Positions 37,275 through 50,683 of a stretch of DNA of 64,000 nucleotides are shown here, in pieces (positions within the stretch are counted from its first letter, which is position 1; each line of letters opens with the position of its first letter). The position numbers and the translations under genes were made by a program. Under the pieces are notes generated by a model. That model did no database searches and was not told the DNA's origin. It worked only from the letters and a program-made list of their open reading frames with translations. Source of the DNA: Octopus sinensis (lineage: Eukaryota); assembly GCF_006345805.1 (NCBI RefSeq), contig NC_043001.1:15624001-15688000 (forward strand). The letters are read 5' to 3'.

Positions 37275-37346
37275 TCCCATGTGTTTTAGGGGTTAGGATT
37301 CCTGACTTTCATCCAGGTGGCCTGGGTTCGATCCCTGGCATGGGAA
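37275..37346 (+). pseudogene. tRNA-Glu(TTC) pseudogene, full length (72 nt)
   Basis: TCCCATG/CATGGGA acceptor stem, anticodon loop CTTTCAT and T-loop TTCGATC. The D-stem is largely broken, the anticodon stem has an A-C mismatch, and there are CpG>TpG changes. Confidence 0.8.
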
Positions 37347-37369
37347 CACAACTGTTATAAGGTGTTATA

Positions 37370-37900
37370 AGGCCGTGAGCTGGCAGAATCGCTGCCCTTG
37401 TGGATGAAATGCTAAGTGGTATTTTGCCTGTCAGCATGTTCTGAGTTTTGACTTTGCCTTTCCCAAAATCGCTGCCCTTGTGGAAAAATTTGAAATTATT
37501 ATTATTATTATTATTATTATCATCATCATTAAGATGGCAAACTGGCAGAATTAATAGCACGCTGGATTAAATGCTTAGCGGTATTTTGCCTGTCGCTATG
37601 TTCTGAGTTCAAATTCCACTGAGGTTGACTTTACTTTTCATCCTTTTGGGGTTGATTAAATAAGTACCAGTTACACACGGGGGTCGATCTAATCACCTTA
37701 CACCCTCCCTCAAGCTGCTCTTGTGCAAAATTTGAAATCATCATTATCATTATTATTATTATTATTATTGGGGAGCTGGCAGAATTGTCAACATTAGAGG
37801 TGAAATGCTTAGTAGTATTTCATGTGTCTTCACATTCAGAGTTCAAATGCTGCTGGGGTCGACTTTGTCTTTCATCCTTTCGGGGTTGATAAATTTAAGT
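37370..37900 (+). mobile_element. Three old SINE B copies with heavy CpG decay
   Basis: For example ccactgaggttgact for ccgccgaggtcgact and tttggggttgat for ttcggggtcgat. Confidence 0.8.
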
Positions 37901-38224
37901 ATCGGTTAATTTGGTCGGCGGCCCGAGGCTATAGTAGAAGACACATGCCCAAGGTACCACATAGTGGGACTGAACCTGGAACCATGTGGTTGGGAAGCAA
38001 GCTTCTTACCACACAGCCACTCCTGCACTTTTATCTTTTTGTCTTTTTTATACATTTTTTAAATTTTTATAATTAATTAATTTCACACAAAAGAATTAAT
38101 CCTTTTTTTTTAATCTATAACCATAAGCACAGGACTGGCTGTGCAGTAAGAATACAGCACTGGGGTCCATGTAATCGACTAGCCCCCCACCCAAATTTCA
38201 GGCCTTGTGCCTATATTAGAAAGG

Positions 38225-38257
<33 letters not shown>

Positions 38258-39879
38258 GCCATGGTTAGCTCATTTGCAAAGGGGTCAGTTAATCTGTAAA
38301 ACCCTTAGAAAACTCACCCACACCTTACAAGCTACCCACTACCACCACCCACTTGTAAGTAAGAACCCTGTGGAGAATAAAAAATGAAGAGTGAGCATTC
38401 ATTGTTTTGGTGAATTAAAAATTGACCACATGGTTGGTGGTGGTCACTTTGATCTTTGACCATAGCTGAGATGGTATTATTGTGTGTTCTTGGGTAGGGC
38501 CTCCATTTCATTCAGCTTTGATGGCCAGCTGGGTTTGACCCCCATCCCCACAAAAAAAAAAATCAGTTTAAATGTTTTTTACTCCTACCACAAGTTAATT
38601 GGTTATTTTTTGACTTCTTTCAGTCATTTGACTGTGGCCATGCTGGAACACTGCCTTTTAGTTGAACAAATTGATCCCAGGACTTATTCTTTGTAAGCCT
38701 AGTACTTATTCTATCAGTTGTCAAGCAATGGTGGTGGGGACAAACACAGGCACACACACACACATATATATAGCCGGCTTCTTTCAGTTTCCATCTATCA
38801 AATCCACTCACAAGCCACACTCATGTGGCTGGTAAGCAAACTACTTACCACACAGCCACACCTGCACCTTATAAATAAAAAAATAAAGGATTAATTTTTT
38901 TGTGTCAAACTGAAAGAATCCTGTGTATATGTTTGTGTGTCTGTGTTTGTCCCCCAACATTGCTTGACAACCGATGGTGGTATGTTTACGTCCCCATAAC
39001 TTAGCGGTTCAGCAAAACAGACCGATAGAATAAGTACTAAACCTAGAAAGAATAAGTCCTGGGATCGATTTATTTGATTAAAAGGCGATGTTCTAGCATG
39101 GCCACAGTCAAATGACTGAAACGAATAAAAGAATAAAAAAAAAAAGAAGTATACTGGGGGTTGATTCTGTTCACCTTAAACCCTTCAAGGCAGTTTGCCC
39201 CCCCCCCCAAAGCATGGCTGCAGTCCAATGATTAAAACAAGTAAAAGATATAAAAAAGAATAATAATGCAAGTGTACATGTGAACATGTTTGCTCATGCA
39301 AGCACAAATAAACAACAACTTCCAACAACCTTTTTTCTGTAGCATCAACACAAAGAATGCTTTTTTGTGTGTTTTTAAATAAATTTCTCACACAGAAACT
39401 TGTATGTATGTACAAAGCTGTATATAAGTAAATGTATATAGTTTTTGTTAAGAAAATCTATATATTTGTTAAGTATACTGTGTATCTATTTCACTACTGC
39501 CTAGCTTAACAATCCATCTATTTCTATATATTTTAGCTTACAAATGAAATGGAAGCAAAGGATTTTTTTTTTTTACCTGATTTTTTTTTTTTTAATATTT
39601 TTTGCTAAACAAACCAAAATATTTGGCAGAAGATTTGGCACAGAAGGAAGAATTTTTTTTCTGTTTTTTTTCTTTCTTTTTGTATTTTATTCTTTTGAAA
39701 CATTGAAATAGAACATGGAAACAGAGAAAAGTTAATAAATATAGTCTCTCTGATTGCTAAAGTTATGCCATTTTGTGCTAAATGCCAGGAGGTGTTCAGA
39801 GACTCTATAGCATTGATATGAGAAGAAAGATAGACAATATTGTGTAAACATTATTTGGTTACATTTTACTGTATACACA

Positions 39880-39941
39880 CACATGCATTTATTATATATA
39901 TATATATATATGCATGCGTATATATGCATATATATGCATGC

Positions 39942-39978
<37 letters not shown>

Positions 39979-40008
39979 CATGCGTATATATGCATATATA
40001 TGCATGCG

Positions 40009-40039
<31 letters not shown>

Positions 40040-40068
40040 CATGCGTATATATGCATATATATGCATGC

Positions 40069-40112
<44 letters not shown>

Positions 40113-40225
40113 GCATGCATATATATGTTTGTATATATATATGCATATATATATATACATACACACACATATATATTATATATCTATATATAGATATATT
40201 CTAATCTATATATATATATATATAT
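39880..40225. repeat. Compound microsatellite (atgcatgcgtatatatgcatatat units)
   Basis: Direct inspection. Confidence 0.95.
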
Positions 40226-40447
40226 GCTCCTGGCTCCTGTGCCGGTGGCACCTAAAAGGCACCATCCAAATGTGGCCAATGCCAGCGCTGCCTTGACTGG
40301 CTCCTGTGCCAGTGGCACATAAAATGCACCCACTACACTCTCAGAGTGGTTGGTATTAGGAAGGGCCTCCTGGCTTCCCAGACCCCAGCTGAACCATCCA
40401 ACCCATGCCAGCATGGAAAGCAGAGGTTAATCAATTATGATGATGTG

Positions 40448-40495
<48 letters not shown>

Positions 40496-42250
40496 TATAT
40501 ACACACACACACATAGATATAGATAATAAGAGTAGGTGTGGCTATGTGGTTAAGAAGCTAGCTTCCCAATCACATGGTTTTGGGTTCAGTCCCATTCTGT
40601 GGGCAAGGGTCTTTTGCTACAGCCCTTACTTGCGAAAGGATTTGTAAGACAGAAACTGAAAGAAGCCTGTTGTTTATGAATTATATGTAGTGTGTATGTG
40701 TGTGTGTGTTTGTGTCCCGTTGTTATGATGTCATGTGATAGTTGTAAATGAATGTCACTGTCCTACAAGCAGTGTTGTTCATTTGATAAATATTCTGTGA
40801 AAATGTGCTCTCCCTTGAAACAGATGTGGGGTGACAGGAAGGGCATCCGGCCATAGAAAATCCGTCTCAATAAACTCCATCGACCTCATGAAAACAGTGA
40901 TAAGGGGACATCATAAGACCAATGATATGCACATGCACAGACACACACAGTGGGAATTTCTGAGGAGTTTTGGCTGTTATTTCTAGCAGGGCAAGCCACT
41001 ATATAGAGGCCTCTCTCATTAGCCGGAATGGCTTTTGTTGATGTTTTTAATGTGATTTATTATTAATGCTTCGGAGATAAACAGTGTTGCATTCACCTTT
41101 TGTTGTTGTTGTTGTTGTTGTGATTATTATAGTTTTATCAGTATTGATGTTGCGGAGGAAACATCTGCTAATGGAAACCAATATCTTGTTGATCTCACTC
41201 ACCTTGCTCAACTACAATAATTAACGGCTATAATAAAACTAGCCGTGATAATTAACTAGCTATTATTACAACACGTCTAATTACTAAACCTGTGGCAGCT
41301 GTAGAAAAATCTGCTTCAATAAAACTGTCCGACCCATGCAAGCATGGAAAGTAGATGTTAAAACTATGATAACGATGATGATAATGAGTTGAGGTATGGG
41401 GTAACTGGAACCAGTGCTGTGTTAAGGTATGGGCACAGAGGGGGGTTGCCCAGGGTCCTTAAGGGTTTGTGGGTCTAGTTCTAATCTATATTGGTGGGTG
41501 GGTGGTTGTGTTATGTAGAAAGTGCCTAGTACACTGTGTAAAGTGGTTGGTATTAAGGAAGGGCATCCTGTTGTAGACACCAGGCCAAAAGGGAGAATGG
41601 AACTTGGTGTGGTCCTAGCCTAGCCAGCTCCTTGTCATCCTGTCCTTGCCAACTCCTTTCAACCTGTCCTTGCCTGCTCCCTCCTGTCTACCAGTCCAAC
41701 TCATGCCAGCGTGGAAAAACAGATGTTAAATGATGATGAATGCTATGGCTTGCTATCAATAAATATATACTATTGGGTCCACTACATGGAGTTGCCAAGG
41801 GGCCTTACAGGTCCAGAGACCCAATTCTAATCTACATATACTATGACTTGCTATCAATAAATAAATACTATAGGGATCAGTGCAGTGACTTGCTAGGGTG
41901 GTTCACACTTCTCGGGGCCCAATACTGGTCAATGTAAAGCTGTGTAAGCCTTATGAAAAACGTAATTGAAGCCTTAAAACCCTATGAATTTATAAAATTA
42001 AAGATTCATGTTTTTTTCCCTCGGCCCTGACGTACCCAAACAAGTTTGTTTTTTATGTACTTACACAACTTGTACTCGATACTAGTAAAGGTTAAGTACT
42101 TCTTCCCCTCTCACCAATGGTTAGGCTGAGGGTCAGGGCAATCACTTACACAAAGAATAGAAAAGAGACCCTAAGCACCCTAAGTGACATAACTGAATCT
42201 ACCAGAGAGCTTATAAGAGCCACCCACACTAAGAAGTTGATGTCTGTAAA

Positions 42251-42511
42251 CAGTGGTTCTCAAATGGCCCTTGAGGGCCTGTAAATATGGTGGTTCTCTT
42301 ATGGGCCCTTGAGGGTCCTAAGATGTTGTTAAAAATGTATGCGTAATAAAGTGATTATACTTCCACACTATGCAAAATAATTTTTTTTTTTATATTAAAT
42401 TATGAAAATGTCTCAGGGTTTTTTAAACACTGAATGGCTGTGAGGGTTTATCTGGGTAAAATAGTAGTAACCAAAGGGTCCATAGGTAAAAAAAATAGTC
42501 GAGAACCCCGG
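42251..42511 (+). mobile_element. hAT-type MITE, degenerate
   Basis: Starts cagtggttctcaa and ends gagaaccccgg. Right flank atctagac resembles the NTCTAGAN target. Confidence 0.6.
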
Positions 42512-42683
42512 ATCTAGACAATGTTGAGCAGAAAATATTTTCCTGTTCTGAGTCCAAAACAATGAAGAATCAATGTTGATCTGAGATTCTAAATTAATAC
42601 TATTTTATTTATTTCTTGGAATATATTTCAAGGGTGGGAAATGAACAGGGACAGAAATACAGCCCTATGATGAAAAGCAATCT

Positions 42684-43107
42684 TGTTTCTTTACTGCCCA
42701 CAAGGGGCTACACACAGAGAGAACAAACAAGGACAGACAGACGGATTAAATCGATTATATCGACCCCAGTGTGTAACTGGGATTCATTTAATTGACCCCG
42801 AAAGGATGAAAGGCAAAGTCGACCTCGGTGGAATTTGAACTCAGAACGTAAAGACAGATGAAATACCTATTTCTTTACTACCCACAAGGGGCTAAACACA
42901 GAGAGGACAAACAAGGACAGACAAATGGATTAAGTCGATTATATCGACCCCAGTGCGTACGTAACTGGTACTTATTTAATTGACCCTGAAAGGATGAAAG
43001 GCAAAGTAGACCTCAGCGGAATTTGAACTCAGAACGTAGCGGTAGACGAAATATTGCTAAGCATTTCACCCAGCGTGCTAACGTTTCTGCCAGCTCACCG
43101 CCTTATC
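42684..43107 (-). mobile_element. SINE family B dimer inside one 11-bp TSD
   Basis: AAAAGCAATCT at 42673-42683 and 43108-43118. One head with two central/tail units. Confidence 0.92.
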
Positions 43108-43807
43108 AAAAGCAATCTAACCATGACCATCATCCTTTACTTAAGGGTATATAGAAGACAGCATTACATAATGTGTCCTGTTTTATTCAGTGAGACTGTT
43201 ACCCGGAGATAAAAGCGAATTTGGGTTGCTATTTCAAGCAGTTGGTGACTATAAGGCCTGCCTCTCGCTCATGGTAGCAATGGTAGCATTTATAGTAATG
43301 GAACTAATGACTAAAAGTGGTGGTGGTAGCAGTAGTAGTAGTAGTAGTAAATGTGTGTGTGTCAAGGTGGTGACTAAACAGCAGTGAACTCTAAGCAAGC
43401 TGTACTAATTGAACTTGGTTTTCTCTATAGGAAATAATTGTTACAATGGCACCAAGCAAAACAGTGAAAGACTACTAGTAGTAGTAGTAGTAGCAGTAGT
43501 ATGTACATAATCTATTCCTTGTGTTTATTTATATCACACACACACACACAATTCTATTTGCAGAAATACTTTTGTTTCAAATCCTAGATTTTCTTCAGAA
43601 ATTTCCAGTGGAAATACTTGAGATCATTGCTCCTAATTCTTCATAAGAAAGTATACTTCTGCTGCCATGGGTAACAACAAGAAATATGGCATAAATACCT
43701 AAATAATTCTAATTTACCTCTTTATCAAATTTCTTGGTGCTTATACGAAATAATGAAATGAATACTAATTGTCGAAAGAATAATATTTAGCAACTTAAAA
43801 ACATAAT

Positions 43808-44200
43808 TAGGAGTGGCTGTGTGGTAAGTAGCTTGCTAACCAACCACATGGTTCCGGGTTCAGTCCCACTGCATGGCATCTTGGGCAAGTGTCTTCTGCT
43901 ATAGCCCCGGGCCAACCAATGCCTTGTGAGTGGATTTGGTAGAGGGAAACTGAAAGAAGCCTGTCGTATATATATATATATATATGTATGTATGTCTGTG
44001 TTTGTCCCCCTAGCATTGCTTGACAACCGATGCTGGTGTGTTTACGTCCCCGTCACTTAGCAGTTCAGCAAAAAGAGACCGATAGAATAAGTACTGGGCT
44101 TACAAAGAATAAGTCCCGGGGTCGATTTGCTCGACCAAAGGCAGTGCTCCAGCATGGCCGCAGTCAAATGACTGAAGCAAGTAAAAAGAGTAAAAGAGTA
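43808..44200 (+). mobile_element. SINE family A, full length, young
   Basis: Nearly consensus, with a (taaaagag) tail repeat. Confidence 0.9.
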
Positions 44201-44861
44201 AGTTAAAACGACATTCAGAAAGTATAAAGAAAAACATCAAAAACAAAATTCCTGTTTTTTACGGAGATGTACTTGCATAGCAAGTGACCTGATCTGAGAT
44301 CGTGTGCTGGAACGAAAAAAATTGCAGCGTGGAAGGTGTTTATAAGCCATTTAAGAAACATGACAAATTAAATTTAAATGTTGAAGTGAATCTAACGGTT
44401 TTGGTGTGTTTCTTAAAATTCCTATTACTCTTTACTCTTTTACTCTTTTACTTGTTTCAGTCATTTGACTGCGGCCATGCTGGAGCACCGCCTTTAGTCG
44501 AGCAAATCGACCCCGGGACTTATTCTTTGTAAGCCACTCAGTACTTATTCTATCGGTCTCTTTTTGCCGAACCGCTAAGTTACGGGGATGTAAACACACC
44601 AGCATCGGTTGCCAAGCAATGTTGGGGTGACAAACACAGGCACACAAACATATAAACACACGTATATCATCATCATCATCATCCATAATACGTTTAACGT
44701 CCGTTTTCCGCGCTAGCACGGGTGGGACGGTTTCGACCGGGGTCTGGGGAGCCAGGGGCTGCCCCAGGCTCCAGATGGTTGGCAGTTGTTTCTACAGCTA
44801 GATGCCCTTCCTAACGCCAACCACTCCGCGAGTGTAGTGGGTGCTTTTACGTGCCACCTGC

Positions 44862-44933
<72 letters not shown>

Positions 44934-44994
44934 CATACATACATACGTATATACAACTGTCAATGTTTTGTATTAATCAGGAAATGATAATATT

Positions 44995-46051
44995 CTTTTA
45001 TTTGCTTCAGTTGACCGTGGCCATGCTGCAGCACCACCTTTAGTCAAACAAATCGACACCAGGACTTATTCTTTGTAAGCCTGGTACTTACTCTATCGGT
45101 CACTTTTGCTGAACTGCTACACTAAGGGGATGTAAACACAGCAAGTGTTGGTGGAGGGACACAGACACACAAACACATGACAGGCTTCTTTCAGTTTCCG
45201 TCTATCAAATCCGCTCACAAGGCTTTGGTCAGCCTGAGGCTATATAGTAGAAGACACTTGCCCAAGGTGCAACACAGTGGGACCGAACCCAGGATTATGT
45301 GGTTGGGACGTAAACTTCTTACCACACACTCACATCTGCACCTATAAATATATGACGGGCTTCTTTCAGTTTCGTTTTACCAAATCCATTCACAAGGCTT
45401 TGGTCAGCCTGAGGCTATACAGTAGGTGTCACAGTGGGACTGAACCCAGAACCATGCTGTTGAGAAACAAGCTTCTTACCACCTAGCCACACCTTTGCCT
45501 ATATATATATATATATATATGATGGGCTTCTTTCAGTTTCCGTCTACCAAATCTGCTCACAAGGCTTTGATCAGCCTGAGGCTATATATAGTAGAAGACC
45601 CTTGCCCAAGGTGTCACACAGTGGGACTGAACCCAGATCCATGTTGTTGAGAAGCAAGCTTCTTACCACCTAGCCACACCTGTGCCTATATATATATGAT
45701 GGGCTTCTTTCAGTTTCCGTCTACCAAATCCGCTCACAAGGCTTTGGTCAACCTGAAGCTATATAGTAGAAAACACTAGCCCAAGGTGTCACACAGTGGG
45801 ACCGAACCCAGAACCATGTTGTTGAGAAGCAAGCTTCTTACCACACAGCCACACCTATGCCTATATATATATATATATATATATAAGTTGAGCTTCTTTC
45901 AGTTTCCATCTACCAAATCCACCCCCAAGGCTTTGGACAGCTTGAGGCTATATAGTAGAAGACACTTGTCTGAGGTGCAACACCGTGGGACTGAACTCAG
46001 AACCATGTGGTTGAGAAGCAAGCTTCTTACCACACAGCCAAGCCGACGCCT
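44995..46051 (-). repeat. SINE A followed by four tandem copies of its tRNA/CORE head
   Basis: Units at ~45178, 45353, 45520, 45697 and 45888 separated by (TA)n. They share private variants such as gctatatagtag and gttgagaagcaagc. Confidence 0.9.
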
Positions 46052-47764
46052 ATATGGTTGTTCCTTTTTAGATTGACATTGTAGGTAGGTGCAAGGGGTC
46101 AGACTTGGCCAGACTCAACATGAAGCAGTTAAGAGAATATTTTGTCCAGACACAGTCAGCTTAAATACTAAAGGGTTAAAAATCTTTCTGCGTTGGATCC
46201 TCCCTGTACTTTGACATCTTACGAAATATAAAGTTTGCTCTGCAACTGTTTTGCCTCAAAATCATCTATTTAACAGCATCCAGCAACATCTTCCTAACAA
46301 CTCAGACACAAAATAATATATCTTCTTGAACTTTTGGCAGATTACTTCGAAGAATTCTTAACAAATCAACCACCTGTACTGCGGACTATGCTTCTCTAAA
46401 CATCTCTTTCACTAAACAGATGACAGTTAATTAATGTATTCAGGTGTAACATATATATACATATATATATTAACCAGGTGGCACTAGTGAGATAAGCATG
46501 GTTTGAACCACTATCAGCTGGAACCCATCTCATCTAATTTTATTATATGCATGGATTGACTGCATGGTAAGAAGTTTGTTTCCCAACCACATGGTGCCAG
46601 GTTCAGTCCCACTGCGTAGCACCTTGGGCAAGTGTCTTCTACTATAGCCTCAGGTTGACCAAAGCCTTCTGAATGGATTTGGCAGATGGAAACTGAAATA
46701 AGCCTGTCATATATATATATATATATAACCACATATTGTAAAACTAACTTTCTTTCCTTCCCTGAATGGCTGCTAATACTTTACGTGTTTTTTTTTCTTG
46801 TGTTTGGTCTTCATTTTTTTTTTATTTACTATATATACATATAAATACATATATGTATATATCTATGTGTATGTGTGTTTGTGTCTGTGTTTATATTCCA
46901 GTAACATAGCAGTTTGGCAAAAGAGATCGATAGAATTAAGTACCAGACTCAAAAGAGAAAATAAGTCCTGGGTTTGTTCTATTGAACAAAAATTCAAGGT
47001 GGTGCCCCAGCATGGGCACAATACAATGATTGAAACAAATAAAAGAAATGTGTGCGTGTGTGTGTTTGTGTGTGTGAACAAAATGGGACAAGAACGCAAA
47101 ACATCTGGACAGTTTGGTGATACAAAAATGGGACAACAGAATATCCAGGTAGATAGATGATACAAAGAAAACAAGAACGGGTCAATTGAAGTTTTCTTTC
47201 CTCAGTCAAGTACCAGATTATCTTTGCAATTTTGGCTGATTATACTTGAGATTGCTCCAATCTGGCCAACCCCAAGGAAAAACTAAGCTAAGAGCATTAG
47301 AAACTAGCGAATGTATACAAAAACAAGGATGGAAAAAAAACCCGGATGTTACACAAATACAATAAAAATAATAACAGGACATAACAACAGGTGTCTTTTG
47401 ACTAAGGACAAATTAAATTAAGCTGGCATGTGTGGAAATGAAGCCTTAGGGCAGAGAAGATTTTACAAACACAGGGAGGAATATCGATGGTGCACAGACA
47501 ATGACCAGACCAACAAAGAAAGAGCAGGCTTGGCCAAACACTGGTCACGTGGGAAGAGAAGATAGAGAAGTAGAAGCAGAGGGACAGAGGAATTAAGGAG
47601 GGGCGAGAAAAAATGACAGGGACACAGTGAAGTGAAAAGTGGAGGGAAAGTGAGTAAGAAGAGAAGGCAAAGAAATGTGAGAGGGGGAGAACGAAAATTC
47701 GATAAGTGTGAAAGGGCTGATAGACAGAAATAGGGTCGTACAAGATTTAGAAAAATGTATACTT

Positions 47765-47818
<54 letters not shown>

Positions 47819-47940
47819 AAGGTTTTTGTTTCTCATTCCCTTTCAGAATTATAACTATTAGTGGTTTGGAGTTTAACTGCTCTTTCTAGTGAGTCAGATG
47901 TCCTATTATAGTCATCTCTTATGTGTTTAAAAGTACACTG

Positions 47941-47981
<41 letters not shown>

Positions 47982-47984
47982 ACC

Positions 47985-48081
<97 letters not shown>

Positions 48082-50224
48082 TATATATATACATACATAT
48101 ATATATAGGGAAGAGAGAGAGAGAGAGAAATGGGGCACAGAGGGGGGAGGATGTACAAATAGACCAAAATGGAACATTGCAGTAGCAAGCCGTCATCATC
48201 CAGTGATTTAAGAAGGCTTCTGCTCCAAGTAAAGACTTGGATTGCGATAACCTGTCCAACCCCCATGCCAGCAAGGACTGAAAAGGAGGCCAACACAATG
48301 ATATAAGTTGTGTGTGTGTGTGTGTGTACTATACGTGGTAGAAAGAGAGCCTCCGGCAGAGAAGTCATGCCAAAAAATGGAACAGAACAAGTGAGATGTA
48401 GTTGACCTGTCCAATCTGTGCCAGCAAGGAATGCAAATGTGAAGCAAAAATAATTACACACACACACACAATATCCATACATGTATGTGCTTCTGTGTGT
48501 GTGTGTGTGTGTTTGTGTGTATGTGTGTGTATACACAAGGGGAGGAGGCCACGTGTATGTGTATTTTGCAGGCTTATGCACACACACACAGAGAATGCTT
48601 GTATAGAGATGATGGTGGAGGTGAAAGTAGTGATGATGATGATGATGATGATGATGAAGGGGGATGGTGAGGGTGCCGATGGTTATGATAATGGTGGTGG
48701 TGGCGGCGGCGGCGGCGGTTAAGGTGGTGGTGGTGGCAGCGATGGTTGGTTTTATGACATGAAGGGACCAAAGCCACAGCAGAAGAAGAGTAAAAGATCT
48801 CTCCCTTAAAGTTATTACAAGGGAAAAAAATAATATCACATGACCTTCACACATGACATTTTGTGAGTGGGTGGGTGGGTGGGCGTGATGAGGTGGTGGT
48901 GGTGGGTGGTGTGTGGCGGTGGAGGGTAGGGGGAGGGGCGGGTGACAAGAGAAAGAGGAAGGAGGAGGAGTTGACCATTAAACTGTTTGCTCTTTAAGAG
49001 TTTTGTGAAAGGTTTTTAAATGGGGGTGTGTGTAGGGGTGGGTATGGGGGTAAGGAGTGAAGAATAAGGCTGGGGGTGGAGGTGGGGGAGAGAGGTGGGT
49101 AAGCTTGAGAGACAGGGAACAAATTTATAGGGGTCAGTAGAACAGCAGCTTAGATAAGAGTGCTGTTGTTTTTAGGTGATGGTTACACACACACACACAG
49201 CCACATATACGCATAAGCAAAACAAAATATACACACACTTGAAGCCATCAACAAGAAGGCACATGGAGATTAAAAGACAAAGATAGACACACATCCACAG
49301 GACCAAGCTGGAAGGAACAACGACCCTGAGCAACCAAGAGATCTTCATACTCCATGTGATTGCTCTATTTGCTAGAAACTGTAGCTAAATCTCCCTCAAA
49401 TCACATAATTAACATTGCAAAAACAAAGGACATGCGGGAATAAGAGATAGATGTCGTTATGGATACATTTGTACAACAACCACAGTGTGTGATCAAAGGT
49501 TCCTCATATTCAATGTGGTTGCTCTGTTTGCTAGAAAAAGTAGTTAAATCTCCCTCATATCATATGGCTGTCTCAGAAAAAAACAAAGGACACATGAAAC
49601 AAATGTTATAGAAATACGATCTCTGCAGGAAAAGCAAAAAGAAAGAATGGTCACAACTTTGATCCAGAACCTTGGTAGCCAACTCCACGTGCAAAAATGC
49701 ATAGATTTTTATGACATTAAGGAATTATTCTTGGGAGAATGGAATCTCTAAGTAGATGCAAAATAAGTAGAAAAAAAAATCAGCAACATTTCTTAAAGTA
49801 ATAAGAAAACATTGACATTTAATTCTTCAAGGATATCACTCAGGTGAAAACAATTAATGGAAAACAGGTAAATGAAGGTATTTTATCAGGTCTTTAGGAT
49901 AGAGTGAGATTAATGTAATTATTTTGATTAAGATTCATCCAGGTTAATTATTTTATTCATTTGGATATCAGTATGAAATCATATGGGATATTTTATGCTA
50001 TATCTTACATACTGTACGAATATACATTTATGCGTGTGAGTGGAGAAATGAAATAAGGGCACTCAACACATTTATTGGGAGTTACATGTATAGGTTTAAA
50101 CAGTTTGATTCAGGTTCCTTGGTACTCAGAGTTTCAAGGTGTAATGCTAATCCTCAGCCATTGGAAATTTGAATCAAACTGTTTTGACCCATATATACAT
50201 ATATAAACACGCATATATATTTTT

Positions 50225-50683
50225 TCTACTCGAGGCACAAGGCCTGAAATTTTGGGGGAGAGGGGTATTTGATTAGATTGATCCCCAGTACATAACTGGT
50301 ACTTAATTTATCAACCCCAAAAGATGAAAGGCAAAGTCAACCTCAGCAGAATTTGAACTCAGAACGTAATGGCAGGCGAAATACCACTAAGCGTTTTGCC
50401 TGGCATGTTAACATTTTTTCCAGCTCGCCACCTTACACATACATATTTATTTCTTTATTGCCCCCCACAGGGGTTTAAACACAGAGGGGACAAACAAGGA
50501 GAAATGGATTAAATCGATAACTTTGACTCCAGTGTGTAAAGTGGTAACTTATTCATTCAACCCCGAAAAGATGAAAGGCAAAGTCAACCTCAGCGGAATT
50601 TGAACCCAGAATATAAAAGAGAAACGAAATACTACTAAACATTTTCCCAAGCGTGCTAACGTCTCTGCCAGCTCACCACCTTA
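50225..50683 (-). mobile_element. Two SINE B copies with different tails and CpG decay
   Basis: gtcaacctcagcag for gtcgacctcggcgg. Confidence 0.85.

Noticed and set aside
43190-43387. ORF MRLLPGDKSEFGLLFQAVGDYK
   Set aside because: It overlaps a dispersed gctgctatttctagc-type repeat seen elsewhere in the window (8.9, 33.2, 33.7, 41.0 and 49.4 kb).
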